Origin: Orbicella franksi
Taxonomy: Eukaryota
Assembly (NCBI GenBank): GCA_964199315.1
Contig: OZ116700.1
Location: forward strand, 2,294,001-2,358,000
Direction: 5' to 3'
DNA length: 64,000 nucleotides
Of this stretch, positions 47,982 to 59,000 are shown piece after piece (the first letter of the stretch is position 1; each line of letters opens with the position of its first letter). A program made the position numbers and the translations under genes. Below the pieces are notes generated by a model. The model ran no database searches. It saw only the letters and a program-made list of their open reading frames with translations, and was not told the origin of the DNA.

Positions 47982-50021
47982 TTAACATCTCGTGCTGTTA
48001 CGGTTGCAATTAAAATTTTTATTATCATTATTTTCAAACATGTTGACCATGATTTCAATCCACGGTATTATAATTAGTTTACTGCCTTTGGTGTTTACCA
48101 AACGGAGATCCCAAGTAAATTTGTTTAATGTGCCGACCACTAGGAATGGCAGAGTTTCCTGCTTATGTACGTCGGCATTTTCCCCGCCAGATTCTCTTAA
48201 TTTTTTCATTTCTATCATTGTAAAACTTTTCACCTGAATCGCCACAGGTTCTTCATCTTTTACGAAGACACAAAAGTTCTGCCATTTGTTCATTTGAATG
48301 ACAATGCTGTGTCCGACTACAAAATGACGTAGAACGTGGGGATTTTCTAACCTGGGTTGTTCGAGAGGTGGGTAACGCTATCCATCGGATAAATCCCTAA
48401 ATAGCAGATAGCATTGTTTGTTTTGTTAACACTTATCCACGGGATAGTGATTTATCCGGTGGATAGCGTTACCCAACCTTTAAACAACTGGGGCCAGAAG
48501 AAAAGTGGACCGTTTACAGGACGTTTCTGGCTGTTACGCTCCTCGCAGACAACGCCCCGGGTACTGATCAATCTATAGGTGGTGGGTGTACTTTTCCGAA
48601 AAAAAAAAACAAAACAAAATCCCCAAACCATTCTATAGAACACAAAACCTTCGATATATTTATTTTCACTTATTTTGTTTTCACTGTGGTCCAACAAAAG
48701 GCACACAACGTGTACATGTGGCTACCTGTTTAGTCCGAACTTCCAAGTTGGGCAAGCATGCGATCCATTTGTTTGAAACAATGCGTCGCTGGCTTTAAAT
48801 AAAAGAAGAAGAGATGAGAATAAGCTTCTCAAAGCTTTTGGATAAGTTATCGCACTGTAGGTGGACTAAAATTCTTACCGAGGCAATATCAGCAACTGGA
48901 ACCACTTAGGCATTTGAGCAAAGGGAGAAGGCATCTTAATTTTGTGTTGGTGTCCTGTGTATATGCTGGGTGTGCTGCATAATACAGGCGAAATAGGCCA
49001 GCCTCCAGCATTTTCGAGGCCATCGAAATTGATGTTGCATGGTGACGAGAAATCTGATAACTTTACTGTAAGTTGTGTTCCTTAAAGTATGTTTTCATAT
49101 CTTTTGCAGTTTTGCAGTGGTTTCCTTCATTTTGACATGCTCCGAATAAAATATAATAGCCAAAGGCTCGCATGCAAACAAAAACAAAGGTGTGGCTAAC
49201 TAGGGCCCTTTAACAGTTTCCCTTTTCATCAGAGAGTTGAAACTCTGAACATGCAAAGTAACTCAATTTTTGCAAAAGTATTTGTATAATTTTCCTTCAC
49301 ACTCTATATGCAAATTCGTTTTCACACCTTCATTGACTTGCAGAATTTGTACTTATTATTCTTCATTACCTTGATAACGGTGTGATGAAGATACCGAAAT
49401 GTCAGTTTTTATCCTTAGTTTTGCTGATTTATGCACAACTAAATCTTATATTTAACAAAATAAACACGAACAGTGAAAAGTTTCAGAAATATAAATTTTC
49501 TTTATTACTGGTCAAATTACAACAGTTGCAAACAAGAGTTGTTCTTAAGTCAAGCAGTACTTGATCATTCTGCAATTACATTGTTGCATCCCAGTAGCCA
49601 GTGCAGAGCGAACTCCTACGACGTGACGGATATACATTGTAGCACACTGGTAGATATCTCCTTTCTCAGGAATACTTCCTTTTCATTGAGGGTTTCTCCT
49701 CGCATGTGAGCACTTGGAATGGAAGAACTGTGGAATAATATTTGTAAAATCAGAAATCATGGATGTCAAATTAGTTTAGAAAGGAAGTTGAGTAATGTGT
49801 GGGTTTGTTTGATGATTATGTTGCCAGAATTGTGCACATACCATCAGAAAATAAGCAGAAAAAACTTCACGAGGACCCTTTGATATGGGCTCAAGATTTG
49901 AATTTTTCATCACTTGATACATGCAACATAACAAGTACATGTACAGCCCTAGGGATCTATCTACTTTAGTAGACAGTTTTATCTGTTTTGTTTTGCTTTT
50001 TTTGGAGGGAGCCAGTTTCAT
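47982..50021 (-). pseudogene. Spliced ORF interrupted by one in-frame TGA (pseudogene, null allele or recoded gene); product unknown
   Basis: Exons 50021-49842 (ATG start, ATG|GTATGT), 49727-49580 (TGA at 49685-49683), 49065-48879 (CG|GTAAGA), 48792-~48720 and 48316-47982. Phases match except for one ambiguous junction. Confidence 0.4.
48351..48496. mobile_element. MITE with ~45-bp TIRs
   Basis: GTTGTTCGAGAGGTGGGTAACGCTATCCATCGGATAAATC mirrors GATTTATCCGGTGGATAGCGTTACCCAACCTTTAAACAAC. Confidence 0.8.
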
Positions 50022-50582
50022 TGCTGATCCTGCTGTGTGTCATGAAGTTTTAGCACAGGTTTAGAGGTCGGTCTTGCAAGATTGGAGACAGGCAAAGAAG
50101 ATGGGGAGAGGTCTACCTCTAGTGACTTAAGTTTGCTTGGGTTAACAGCTCAGTTTACCCACTAGAAATATTTTAAAAAAGTATTAAATATTTGTACCTT
50201 TTTCACAATAGCTATTGGAATTGTACCTTTGTCTACAATCTTCTTGGTTTATCCTGGTCAGGCAGGGTCTTCAATTTTCATTACCACAAAAGTCTCATCC
50301 TTTTCCACTGCTTTATGAGCACCTGCTAAAATACTGAGAGCAAAGTGAATAACAACAGTTAAGCTAAGGTTTTAGTAACTATACAGTATAGAACATGAGA
50401 TCCCAGCTGACTGAGTTACTATATACAGTACCTACAATCTTTCAAGTCAAATACAATAGATTTTAGTTCTGGGATGCTATTGGCGCAACAAATAAATGAT
50501 TTCTCAATACTTTTACGTCATGTGTTATTGCCAAAATAATGTCACAACAACAGACATAATTATATAAAAAGAGAGGAATACT

Positions 50583-50904
50583 AGAGCCCCAGCCAAACGA
50601 TCGCAACATTTCAACACATTGTTGTCCCAGCATTTGTAAGCCCTGGCCAAATGGTCGCAAAATTTCAACGCAACATATCGCGACATTGTTGGGCACAACA
50701 TGTTGCACGTGTTTGGCCACCCTTTTGTGACATGTTGGGTATTGAAAATTGAACTTGTGCACAAGCCCAAATGCAACTTTGTTGAATGAACCTGGCCAAA
50801 TGCCTACAAGATCAAGCGACATCCACAAAAGTTGCAACATGCTGTGCCCAACAATGTCACGATATGCTGCATTGAAAATGTTGCAACTGTCTGGCCAGGG
50901 CTTA
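50583..50904. mobile_element. MITE with AGCCC(C/T)(A/G)GCCAAA TIRs and internal GCAACA repeats
   Basis: AGAGCCCCAGCCAAACGATCGCAACA ... TGTTGCAACTGTCTGGCCAGGGCTTAA; repeated CGCAACA/TGTTG units. Confidence 0.7.
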
Positions 50905-52362
50905 AAGGTTATGTTCAAAATAACTAAAGAAACCAGAACATATAACCAATAGAACTGTGCATGTATCATCAGATAATAAGCGGAAAAGACTTCATAAGCA
51001 CCCTTCAATGAGGGCTCAAGGATTTGTTATTTTTCATCACTTGATACATGCATTTATGAGAACAGTTCTGAAAGTCTACAGAATGTGTTCTCTGCTGTAC
51101 TTCACTAACTAGTCCTCCAATGAGTTTTATTTCAACATTACCAGCCATCACAAGCTCACACACAAACAATAAAATGTCATCAAAACAGTTAAGTTTTATC
51201 AGAGTAACTTATTGTCAGTGAATGTCATTTTCAGAACAAGGCTCGTCTATACATCTAGTTGTACGTGTGTGGGGTCCCTTCCTCTTCGTTTTTACTCATA
51301 GTTCTCCACTAGATGAAACAACTTAAGTGGAGACTTGTACCTTTTCCACAGTAGCTCCTGGCAACTTAACAACCTTATCTTGCTAGGTTATCCTGGTCAG
51401 CCAGGATCACGGACTTCTTCTGTAACAAAACGTCTCTTCTGTCATTGCTTCACGGGCACCTACTGGACAGGGTTCAGATTATTTTTCAATATATCACCCA
51501 ATGTTTCCAAATTAAAGGTATTGGTCAGGGTTTTCATTGATGTTTTCAACTGCACTGGATTTTTGTTGGAGGTCGCTGATTTTACTGACATTTGCTAAAA
51601 AAAGAATGAAAAGAATAGCCCAGTGGAGTAGCCAGCCCAGATCGTGAAGTAGATGATGATTTTCATTGACACCCGGCTACATTTGACAACCCTGGTAAGT
51701 GAACAGTTTTTCTCACTGGCCTTCATACTGTTGTGGTCACCAAAGGTATTCTGAGTGGTGCATGAACTTTTAATCATCAGACCTGAGAAAATGTTGGCTT
51801 TGCTCTACAACTACAACTTTTTCTTGTTATTAATAAGTAATGGTCCTGCCGAATGGGAGGCCTATTGAAAAAGTCATTATTAAGTGTAAACTGTTAAATG
51901 TATGGATCTTATTCCAAGGTAAAAAATTGTGAAAAAGTAAGACAGGAGTCTACTCACCAGAGAAAGAGTCCGAGAATGCCTTCTTCATAGGAATAGTCAT
52001 TTGCTTCCTGATCCAATTCATCCATTTCAAAACATAACAAGGGGGAAAAAAAAAGAAACTCTGCTTGTGTGAAGAGGTTTAGCTATAGCAATTTGACCCG
52101 TTAAAAGTGCTAAAGCATATCTGGCACCATCAGGAAAAAATTAGAGTGTTTGACATAATTTTCATGGGTTTTCAATGTAGCGATTCAAAATCATCATTTG
52201 GTACCAAAATTATTTTGTGTTAACATTCCTGTTGCAACAGTTTTTGTTATAGTGGGACTGGATATTTATAATTTCTACAATAATATTATACCCCTCCTGA
52301 TATGAAGAGAAAACCTTGTTTACAAAAAAGTGAGAAATTGTGATTTAAGAGTATAAGAAAAA

Positions 52363-53006
52363 CCCAGGGGGGGTTCTCCGGATTTCAAGTAACCGGAATG
52401 ATCGAACGGGGACAAAAATCAAAACCCCAAAAAGTCCCTGGACCAAAATTTAACCCCCAAAAAATCCCATGCCGAATTTCCAAGCAATAAAGATTTCCAG
52501 AAAGCATTAAATGATATAACAAGAAAAACAGAAACATTAGTAATGAAATGTTTGTGTTTGTTTATTCATCACACCATCTGGAGTAAGAACCTTTTCTGCA
52601 TCCAGTGGTCTTTGTAACAACACTTGAGACATCCAGGAACATCTTCTGTTACAACAATAACAATAACAACAACAATAACAATAACAAACAATAACAATAA
52701 CAATGACAACAACAACAATAACGAACACTAACAATGACAATGACAATAACGATAACATACTTTACTTTAACACTACTTTATTTGCAGAACTACACGGCCA
52801 GGATATACGGAAACTATCAAGAATCTTCAGATTGTTTTGAATACCCCCAAAAATTCCTACTTAAATCAAGCTACTGAAAAAAATACTTGCCAAAAATTAA
52901 TTTTTCTACCCAAAAAATCCCGAAATCAAAAACTTCAAACCCAAAAAAATCCTTTGATCATCCTTGTCACTTGAAATCTGGAGTAATTTTTTGTACTCCC
53001 CCTGGG
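52363..53006. mobile_element. hAT-like MITE (8-bp TSD) containing an (ACAATA)n microsatellite
   Basis: CCCAGGGGG...GATTTCAAGT..C.GG.ATGATC vs GATCATCCTTGTCACTTGAAATC...CCCCCTGGG; flanks AAGAAAAA and AAGAAAAG; ACAATA/ACAACA run at ~52645-52760. Confidence 0.75.
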
Positions 53007-53269
53007 AAGAAAAGACACTTATAGGGGTCTTGGGCAAGCAATAATGAGTTCAAGGATAAGATATCCTATAGAAACCACTACAGAGGTAAAATTGCAGTTA
53101 GAAATTAGTATTTTGGACTAGTTCTTGCAAAGCTTCTAATGTCAACAAAAACATGAAGTTGTGTGTTTTTCATTGACAAGAAGCTGATATATGAACACAA
53201 CAATATTGTTTTCAAATCTCATATACTTAAGAATTAAGACACTTTGTATTTAAATTTATTTTATAAACA

Positions 53270-53700
53270 CCTGTGAAATACCAGGATTTTTCATTTTACT
53301 AAAAATCATATCTTAATCGCACGCAGTGAAGATACTATTTTTATCTTTCACTGTGAAGATATCATTCCTTTTTGATAACATTTTTCTTTTGTCCCTTTAA
53401 CTACACTTAAATTTGTTGATGTATGATCGAAACATCTTCGGATCTTCTTCGGTCGTCTTTGGCAATCATCGGATAATGTTCAGAAATGTGGTTGGAAATC
53501 TTCGGAAAATCGTTAAAAATGTTGTCATTAGTATGTTTTTGTAATAAACAGAATATTACATTCCTGCTTGTGGATACAAATTTTATCTTCTCATGTTCAA
53601 CTCAATATCTCACTCGTTTGCTGCGCTCACTCGTGAGATATTGAGTTGAACGCTCAAAGATAAAATTCGTATCCGTGCACGGGCATGTAATATCCTGTAT
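53270..53700. mobile_element. Repeat element ending in a long imperfect hairpin (53552-53693)
   Basis: ATATTACA...GATA.AAATTTTATCTT...GTTCAACTCAATATCTCAC is mirrored by GTGAGATATTGAGTTGAAC...AAGATAAAATT..TATC...TGTAATAT. Confidence 0.6.
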
Positions 53701-55065
53701 TTCTAATGACAGTTTTACCACCAATCTAGTGGTTTTGATAGTAGCAGGACTAGTTGATAGTCCTGCTAAGCCCTCGTAAAGCTTGTAGAGCCAAAACGGA
53801 GTAAAGTGAGGCTCCTTTCTTCCTGCTGCCTCATGGGTCCAATGGAGAAAAGCCTTGGGGCGTAAGATCCAAAGCAAAACTGAGATACCTTCCCCTCGGT
53901 CTCCTGTTGTCCCGAAAGCACGTGTGTTTGACGGAATTTCCCGTTCATTCGCGCTGCTTCATTTGTATGAAAAGGAAATAATCTTGTGACCAGTGAAGGG
54001 AACTACCACACCTTTAACTTCCATCATGTTGAGATTATTTACGAGAGAATGTATCGTCTTTAGCCACAAAATAAGCTCTAAACTGGTACTGAAGAAAAAA
54101 TCTGTCACTCGGCCTGTCGACCACTTGCTTCAGTCGCGGACTTTCCGATTACGGGATGCGTCGGTAGACTACTGATATTACTAGAAATTTTATTCAAATA
54201 CTAGATCATCCAGAAACTCACCTCACAATAGTTTACTATCCTATAAATCGCTGACTGATTTCCCAAAAACTGCAGGAGGATGAATAAAATAAAGAGCCAA
54301 GTAGCAAGCTTACCTCTCCGTCCTGTCGCCTGCAAACGCGCGAGTTGTTCTGGGTAAATAAGAGAGGTAGTCTGGAACGAGTTTGGAATACTTGAACCCA
54401 GACTTTTTCGGCCGCTGTTGGTTATCCTACTCAAATCACAAAAGAATTTATTTGAACCAAGTTTGGTCATGTACTACCGGTAATATTTGAACCATGTTTG
54501 GTCATGTTAATAAATATTAATACTACTCAGATAAATGGTACTGTGTTTTAATATTCCCACTACATGGAAGGCTCTGTAGCATACCAGGGACTCTGTAATT
54601 CGGACTATGCTGACTGGCAAACACTATGATTTGGTTGATGATTCACATCAGAAAGCTAAAATCCTAAGATACTTTCAATAAATTATGTTGATTTAATGTT
54701 ATGTCAGCCTCGAACACTTAGTTTTAGACTCGGGCAACTCTGTATGATACATGAAAAAATGTGTAATTTCTAATATATAATTTCTTTAATTTAATTAGCC
54801 TAAATGATTTGAGATTTTGTTTTTATTGACAATTTTTTGCTTAATTTTTATCTCCTCACACAAGCCCACAAGCTTTCAGCTTTTGGGTTTACCTAATGCC
54901 AAAAATTGTTTACCAGACAATAACAATACCTGATGATCAAACCCTTAACAACTCAGTAACGTCCTGTTTCTTTTTTCATTGACATACATGTGCAAACTCA
55001 TCATGTTGCTGGTAAAACTCTGTGGATCTATCAAAGCTCGACAATTGGTATTTTCTCAATCCTCA

Positions 55066-55383
55066 TCATGACTTAGTGGCATCAAAGAAAACCACTGACT
55101 CTTTCCCCACCACTGAAGCATTGTGCACAACACCAGCTGGTACAACAACCATGTCTCCAGGCTGTAAAATGACTTCTTTGCCCAGCATGGCAAACCTAAA
55201 CTGGCCAGAGATTATAGAGTCCTTCTTGGAGACACTGTGAGTATGGTCTGGAAAGTCTGTGCCAGGAGGGAAGGTATATCTGGTAAAAGAGTAGCCTTGT
55301 GACTTCAACTTGTTCCTCATGCTTGTTTCATTGAGTGGCCCATCTTTTTCACTGTTCCAATGTTCAACTTTTAGCTCTGACAT
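55066..55383 (-). CDS. Small single-domain cupin (Cupin_2-like) protein, 105 aa, intronless CDS
   Basis: MSELKVEHWNSEKDGPL...; motif 1 PGTDFPDHTHSVSKKDSIISG and motif 2 GDMVVVPAGVVHNA. Acceptor TTTGCAG at 55405 and donor CAG|GTGGGC at 55941 define a 5'UTR intron. Confidence 0.85.
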   Translation of the reverse strand: MSELKVEHWNSEKDGPLNETSMRNKLKSQGYSFTRYTFPPGTDFPDHTHSVSKKDSIISGQFRFAMLGKEVILQPGDMVVVPAGVVHNASVVGKESVVFFDATKS

Positions 55384-55504
55384 TTTGAGACAAATATATC
55401 TAAACTGCAAACGAGAGAACGATATTACCTCGTCTACTTTATACCTAGAAAAACCTTGTCGTTTCTTTGCTCTGACTGTCCCTTATGTTTATCCTGACCT
55501 GACT

Positions 55505-55590
55505 TTCATATTTACTTATTAATATTTTAATATTTACTTATTAACTTTTTAATATTTACTTATTAACTTTTTAATATACACTTATTCATT
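55505..55590. repeat. AT-rich ~21-bp tandem repeat (about 4 units)
   Basis: ATATTTACTTATTAA(C)T(T)TTTA repeated. Confidence 0.75.
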
Positions 55591-55669
55591 TTTACATTCA
55601 TAATTTCTTTTTTTGTGTGTGTCCCCAGTTAGCAGCAATGCTAAATACCCCAGACACGTTAATAAAGGT

Positions 55670-55698
55670 TTTGTTGTTGTTGTTGTTGTTGTTGTTGT
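55670..55698. repeat. (GTT)n microsatellite
   Basis: Direct reading. Confidence 0.9.
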
Positions 55699-56077
55699 TA
55701 ACAAAAATGTTCGATCAGGAAAATTACATGATCGAAACGGTCCTAAGTCACGCAATCAGATAGGAAGGAAATTAAGCGTCTGCATTTCCTCGCTAGTTTC
55801 GCATGAAAGTTAATGTACAGTCAGATAGAAAAGAAAAATCGACACAAAAGTTCGACAAAAAAGCTACTAAATTCCTGAATCTAGATTTCTCCCACCGACA
55901 TAATTTTTTCTGCAACATTTCTCAGATTTCTCTTGCCCACCTGACTTTCACGTTCTCTGCTGTTGTCTCTGTTGCGAAGCGTGTGACAAAACACGGTCAG
56001 CTGTTTTGAAAGCCTGGTTCCCAAGCACAGGTGCTTTACGAAATGTTGTTTTCATGTAGCGATAGACAAACAAAGTA

Positions 56078-59000
56078 ATGGAAAGCTCTTACGGTTCTAG
56101 TTCATGTGAAAGTAAGTGTATGCTCAGTGTTTATTTAAACCTGAAGTGTTTGATATTATAATTTGCAAAGCGCAGGCGATGGAATGCGTTTGTATGGGCA
56201 CCTTAGTTAAATATAAAGTTGACATCACTGTCCCATGAATGATGGAAGGTGTAAGCTTATATCTCACTATCTTTCCTAAGATAGCTAAATTTCCAACGCT
56301 GCGACGTTAGCTAAGTAATTGCTAATTTTCTAAATAAACAAATATTGATACAACAATTCGAAAACAGCTACAGAAAAGCTAAAGCTAAAGTAGCTAGTGC
56401 TACTATCATATAATGCAAACCGCTAATATAACGATAGATGACCTCACAAAATTCACTGAGTAAGCTTAACTTAGTATATAAAATTATTAATTTAGGAGAG
56501 TTCATTTTTTACTTGAATTTTTATACTCAATCATACTAGCTGCTGAGTTCTAACATTTCTTGCTACCTATGGATACCAGCTCCAGTCTTTTTGTGCCCTT
56601 ATACATATATATGTGTGTACTGCATTTTGTGGAACAATGAAACTTAGGCCAGGAGGCTTGACATGTTAAGAGATGAGAATATTGCTAATTATGTTAAGAC
56701 TGATGTCTTCAGGGTTAAACAAGTACTGGTACTTCTGCAAGATGGAATGCCCTGAAAAGGCACTTTCAATTATTTGGCGAGAGTTATAGTTTGCCATATT
56801 TAAGTTTTCTTAATGAGAGGGAGTGGAAGGTCACACTATTTTGCAGCCAATATAAAGAGCATTTAATCCAAGTTTGATGTTGCTTTTTGTAGGTAACAAT
56901 GAACCTGGGGCAAGAAAGTGTATTGACTGTAAAAAATCATACAAATCCTGTGATTGCAAGGTAACTTCTGGTAGTAATTAATTTTATTAATTTAATACCT
57001 TGGTTACAACAAGCCATCATGTTGCACCATGATTGATTAGCATCCAATCTCTCTCTATGCATTCAGTTGAACTGCATCTCTTTCAATGTCTATTTTATTT
57101 CTTTCTTGTCAATCTGCAGCTTTTGTACCTAGGGCTAGGGGCATTGTTTGTATTCTTGGATCATGTGTACTAAAGGCATCAGTGGTTGAGTGTCAGTCAA
57201 TACCCCTGATTGATACCCTCAATTGACATCTTGTTGGACTTCCTGATCAATACATGGTTGACACTCAATCGACGCATGATCAACAATCGGCTGATAGATA
57301 ATCAGCCGAGTGTCGACCGACTCATATGTATTGATCGAAAATTAGTTGACTTTCGACCAAGATGTTGATGGAGTGTAGAACCGAGATGGAGTTTCAGTCA
57401 AGTATTGATCAAGTGTCAATCGAGGGTAAATTTAGGGTAATGATCGAGGGTGTTGATTGACACTTTACAACACCCCGTTTGGCCTTTTATCACGAACCTT
57501 CAGTTTGTAAACAGTGCAGCTTGCCCCTACACCTAAATTTGTCAATCTATTCTCTTGAGATAAAAGAAAATATGCAACTCTTAATTTTCCCAACCAATTT
57601 CTTGAAGGGCTCCAACTTGTCTGGCTATCTTTTTTACAGTTTTCAGTAATGTACTGTACACTAAGTCTGTTTTGAAAGAGAATTACCTTTTTCACAGAAC
57701 TGCTCAAAGTGTGGGACACTCTTTCACAAGTTTTGGGGAACTAACTTGGTCAAAGGGCGGTAAGAAACTTTTATTAATTATGATCATTATTTTTTAAACT
57801 TATTTTAATTTGTTTAAAACAAAATTGAAGAAACCCTAGGCTAGTAAATTTCGGCTTACTACATGTACTTGTTGTAGTTAATATCAAAAACCATTTAGTG
57901 CGAGCCCTCCAGTCTTCACAGTGGATATATTATTAAACATAACGTTTACTGTTATAGATTAAACTCTTGCTCATCATTTACATCAGACAAAAGAAAATAT
58001 TACATACAACAAAAATGGAACTGCGAATAAAATATACTCTTGAGAAGTGTTTCTCTCTGATTTAAACGTAACACATCTTAATTCAACTTCCCTTTTTTCA
58101 AAGGTCCCATTGTCGGACATGTTCTGCAGCAGTGTGTGTTACTTGTCATGTGGTAGTTAATAATGCTATCAAGGTAATTTGTTTTATTTTATCATTAACC
58201 CTTATTAAATGTGTGGCACTAAATTTTTGCGGGTTCTGTCTAATTAATGCAATTTTTGCATTTTTTTTTTTCGCAATCCACAGAAAAAATTTCTGCAAAA
58301 AAATAGTTCCCACAAAGATTTTCTCTGCTAGAATTCACTCCACTAGCAAATGCATTCAAACATCATAAGTAGAATCTTGTTGCTGTCATTTATTTAAAAC
58401 ATCTCTTTCATCTGACCAACTGGTGCTAGAAACAAAACTATGAAAGGAGAAACAAAACATTCATGTTTACAGGAAAGGATCATCTGAAAGTACTTCTGAC
58501 CGTTGAGAAGAGAACAATGTTATTGGAACAGAATGGCACTGATTACTGGATTACTGGATTACTGTTTTTTTACATCTTGTCACGTTGTTTCACTTGTCAA
58601 TTGCATGCAGTTTAATGAAAAAATGCATAAAGGTTGCAATTTGGATTAAATGTGACTTCTCAAAAATCACAAAAATTAGTACCCAGCAAGATACACCAAT
58701 CTTTGAGAATCACAAAAATTAGTTCCCGCAAAATACAATAAAATTGTCGATTCACAAAAATAAACTCACGCAAAAATTTAGTGGCACAAGATAGATAACC
58801 ATATGAATGTGAGTGCAATTAAGGTAAAATGATTGATATTTGAAACCTATCTCAGAATTGCATGAGTCTCAGGTGGGTATAATTTGAAAGAATTTTCATA
58901 TATCACAGGTAGTGTAACTCCTTAATTGCTCAGGCTTTCATACAATTATTCAATATATTATTATATAATACTATTATGACTGAGAAAATTGCAAATTCAA

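Noticed and set aside
51460-51497. 38-nt GT-AG intron in the 48-52 kb locus
   Set aside because: Implausibly short and the donor is weak; exon boundaries in 51.3-51.8 kb could not be resolved.
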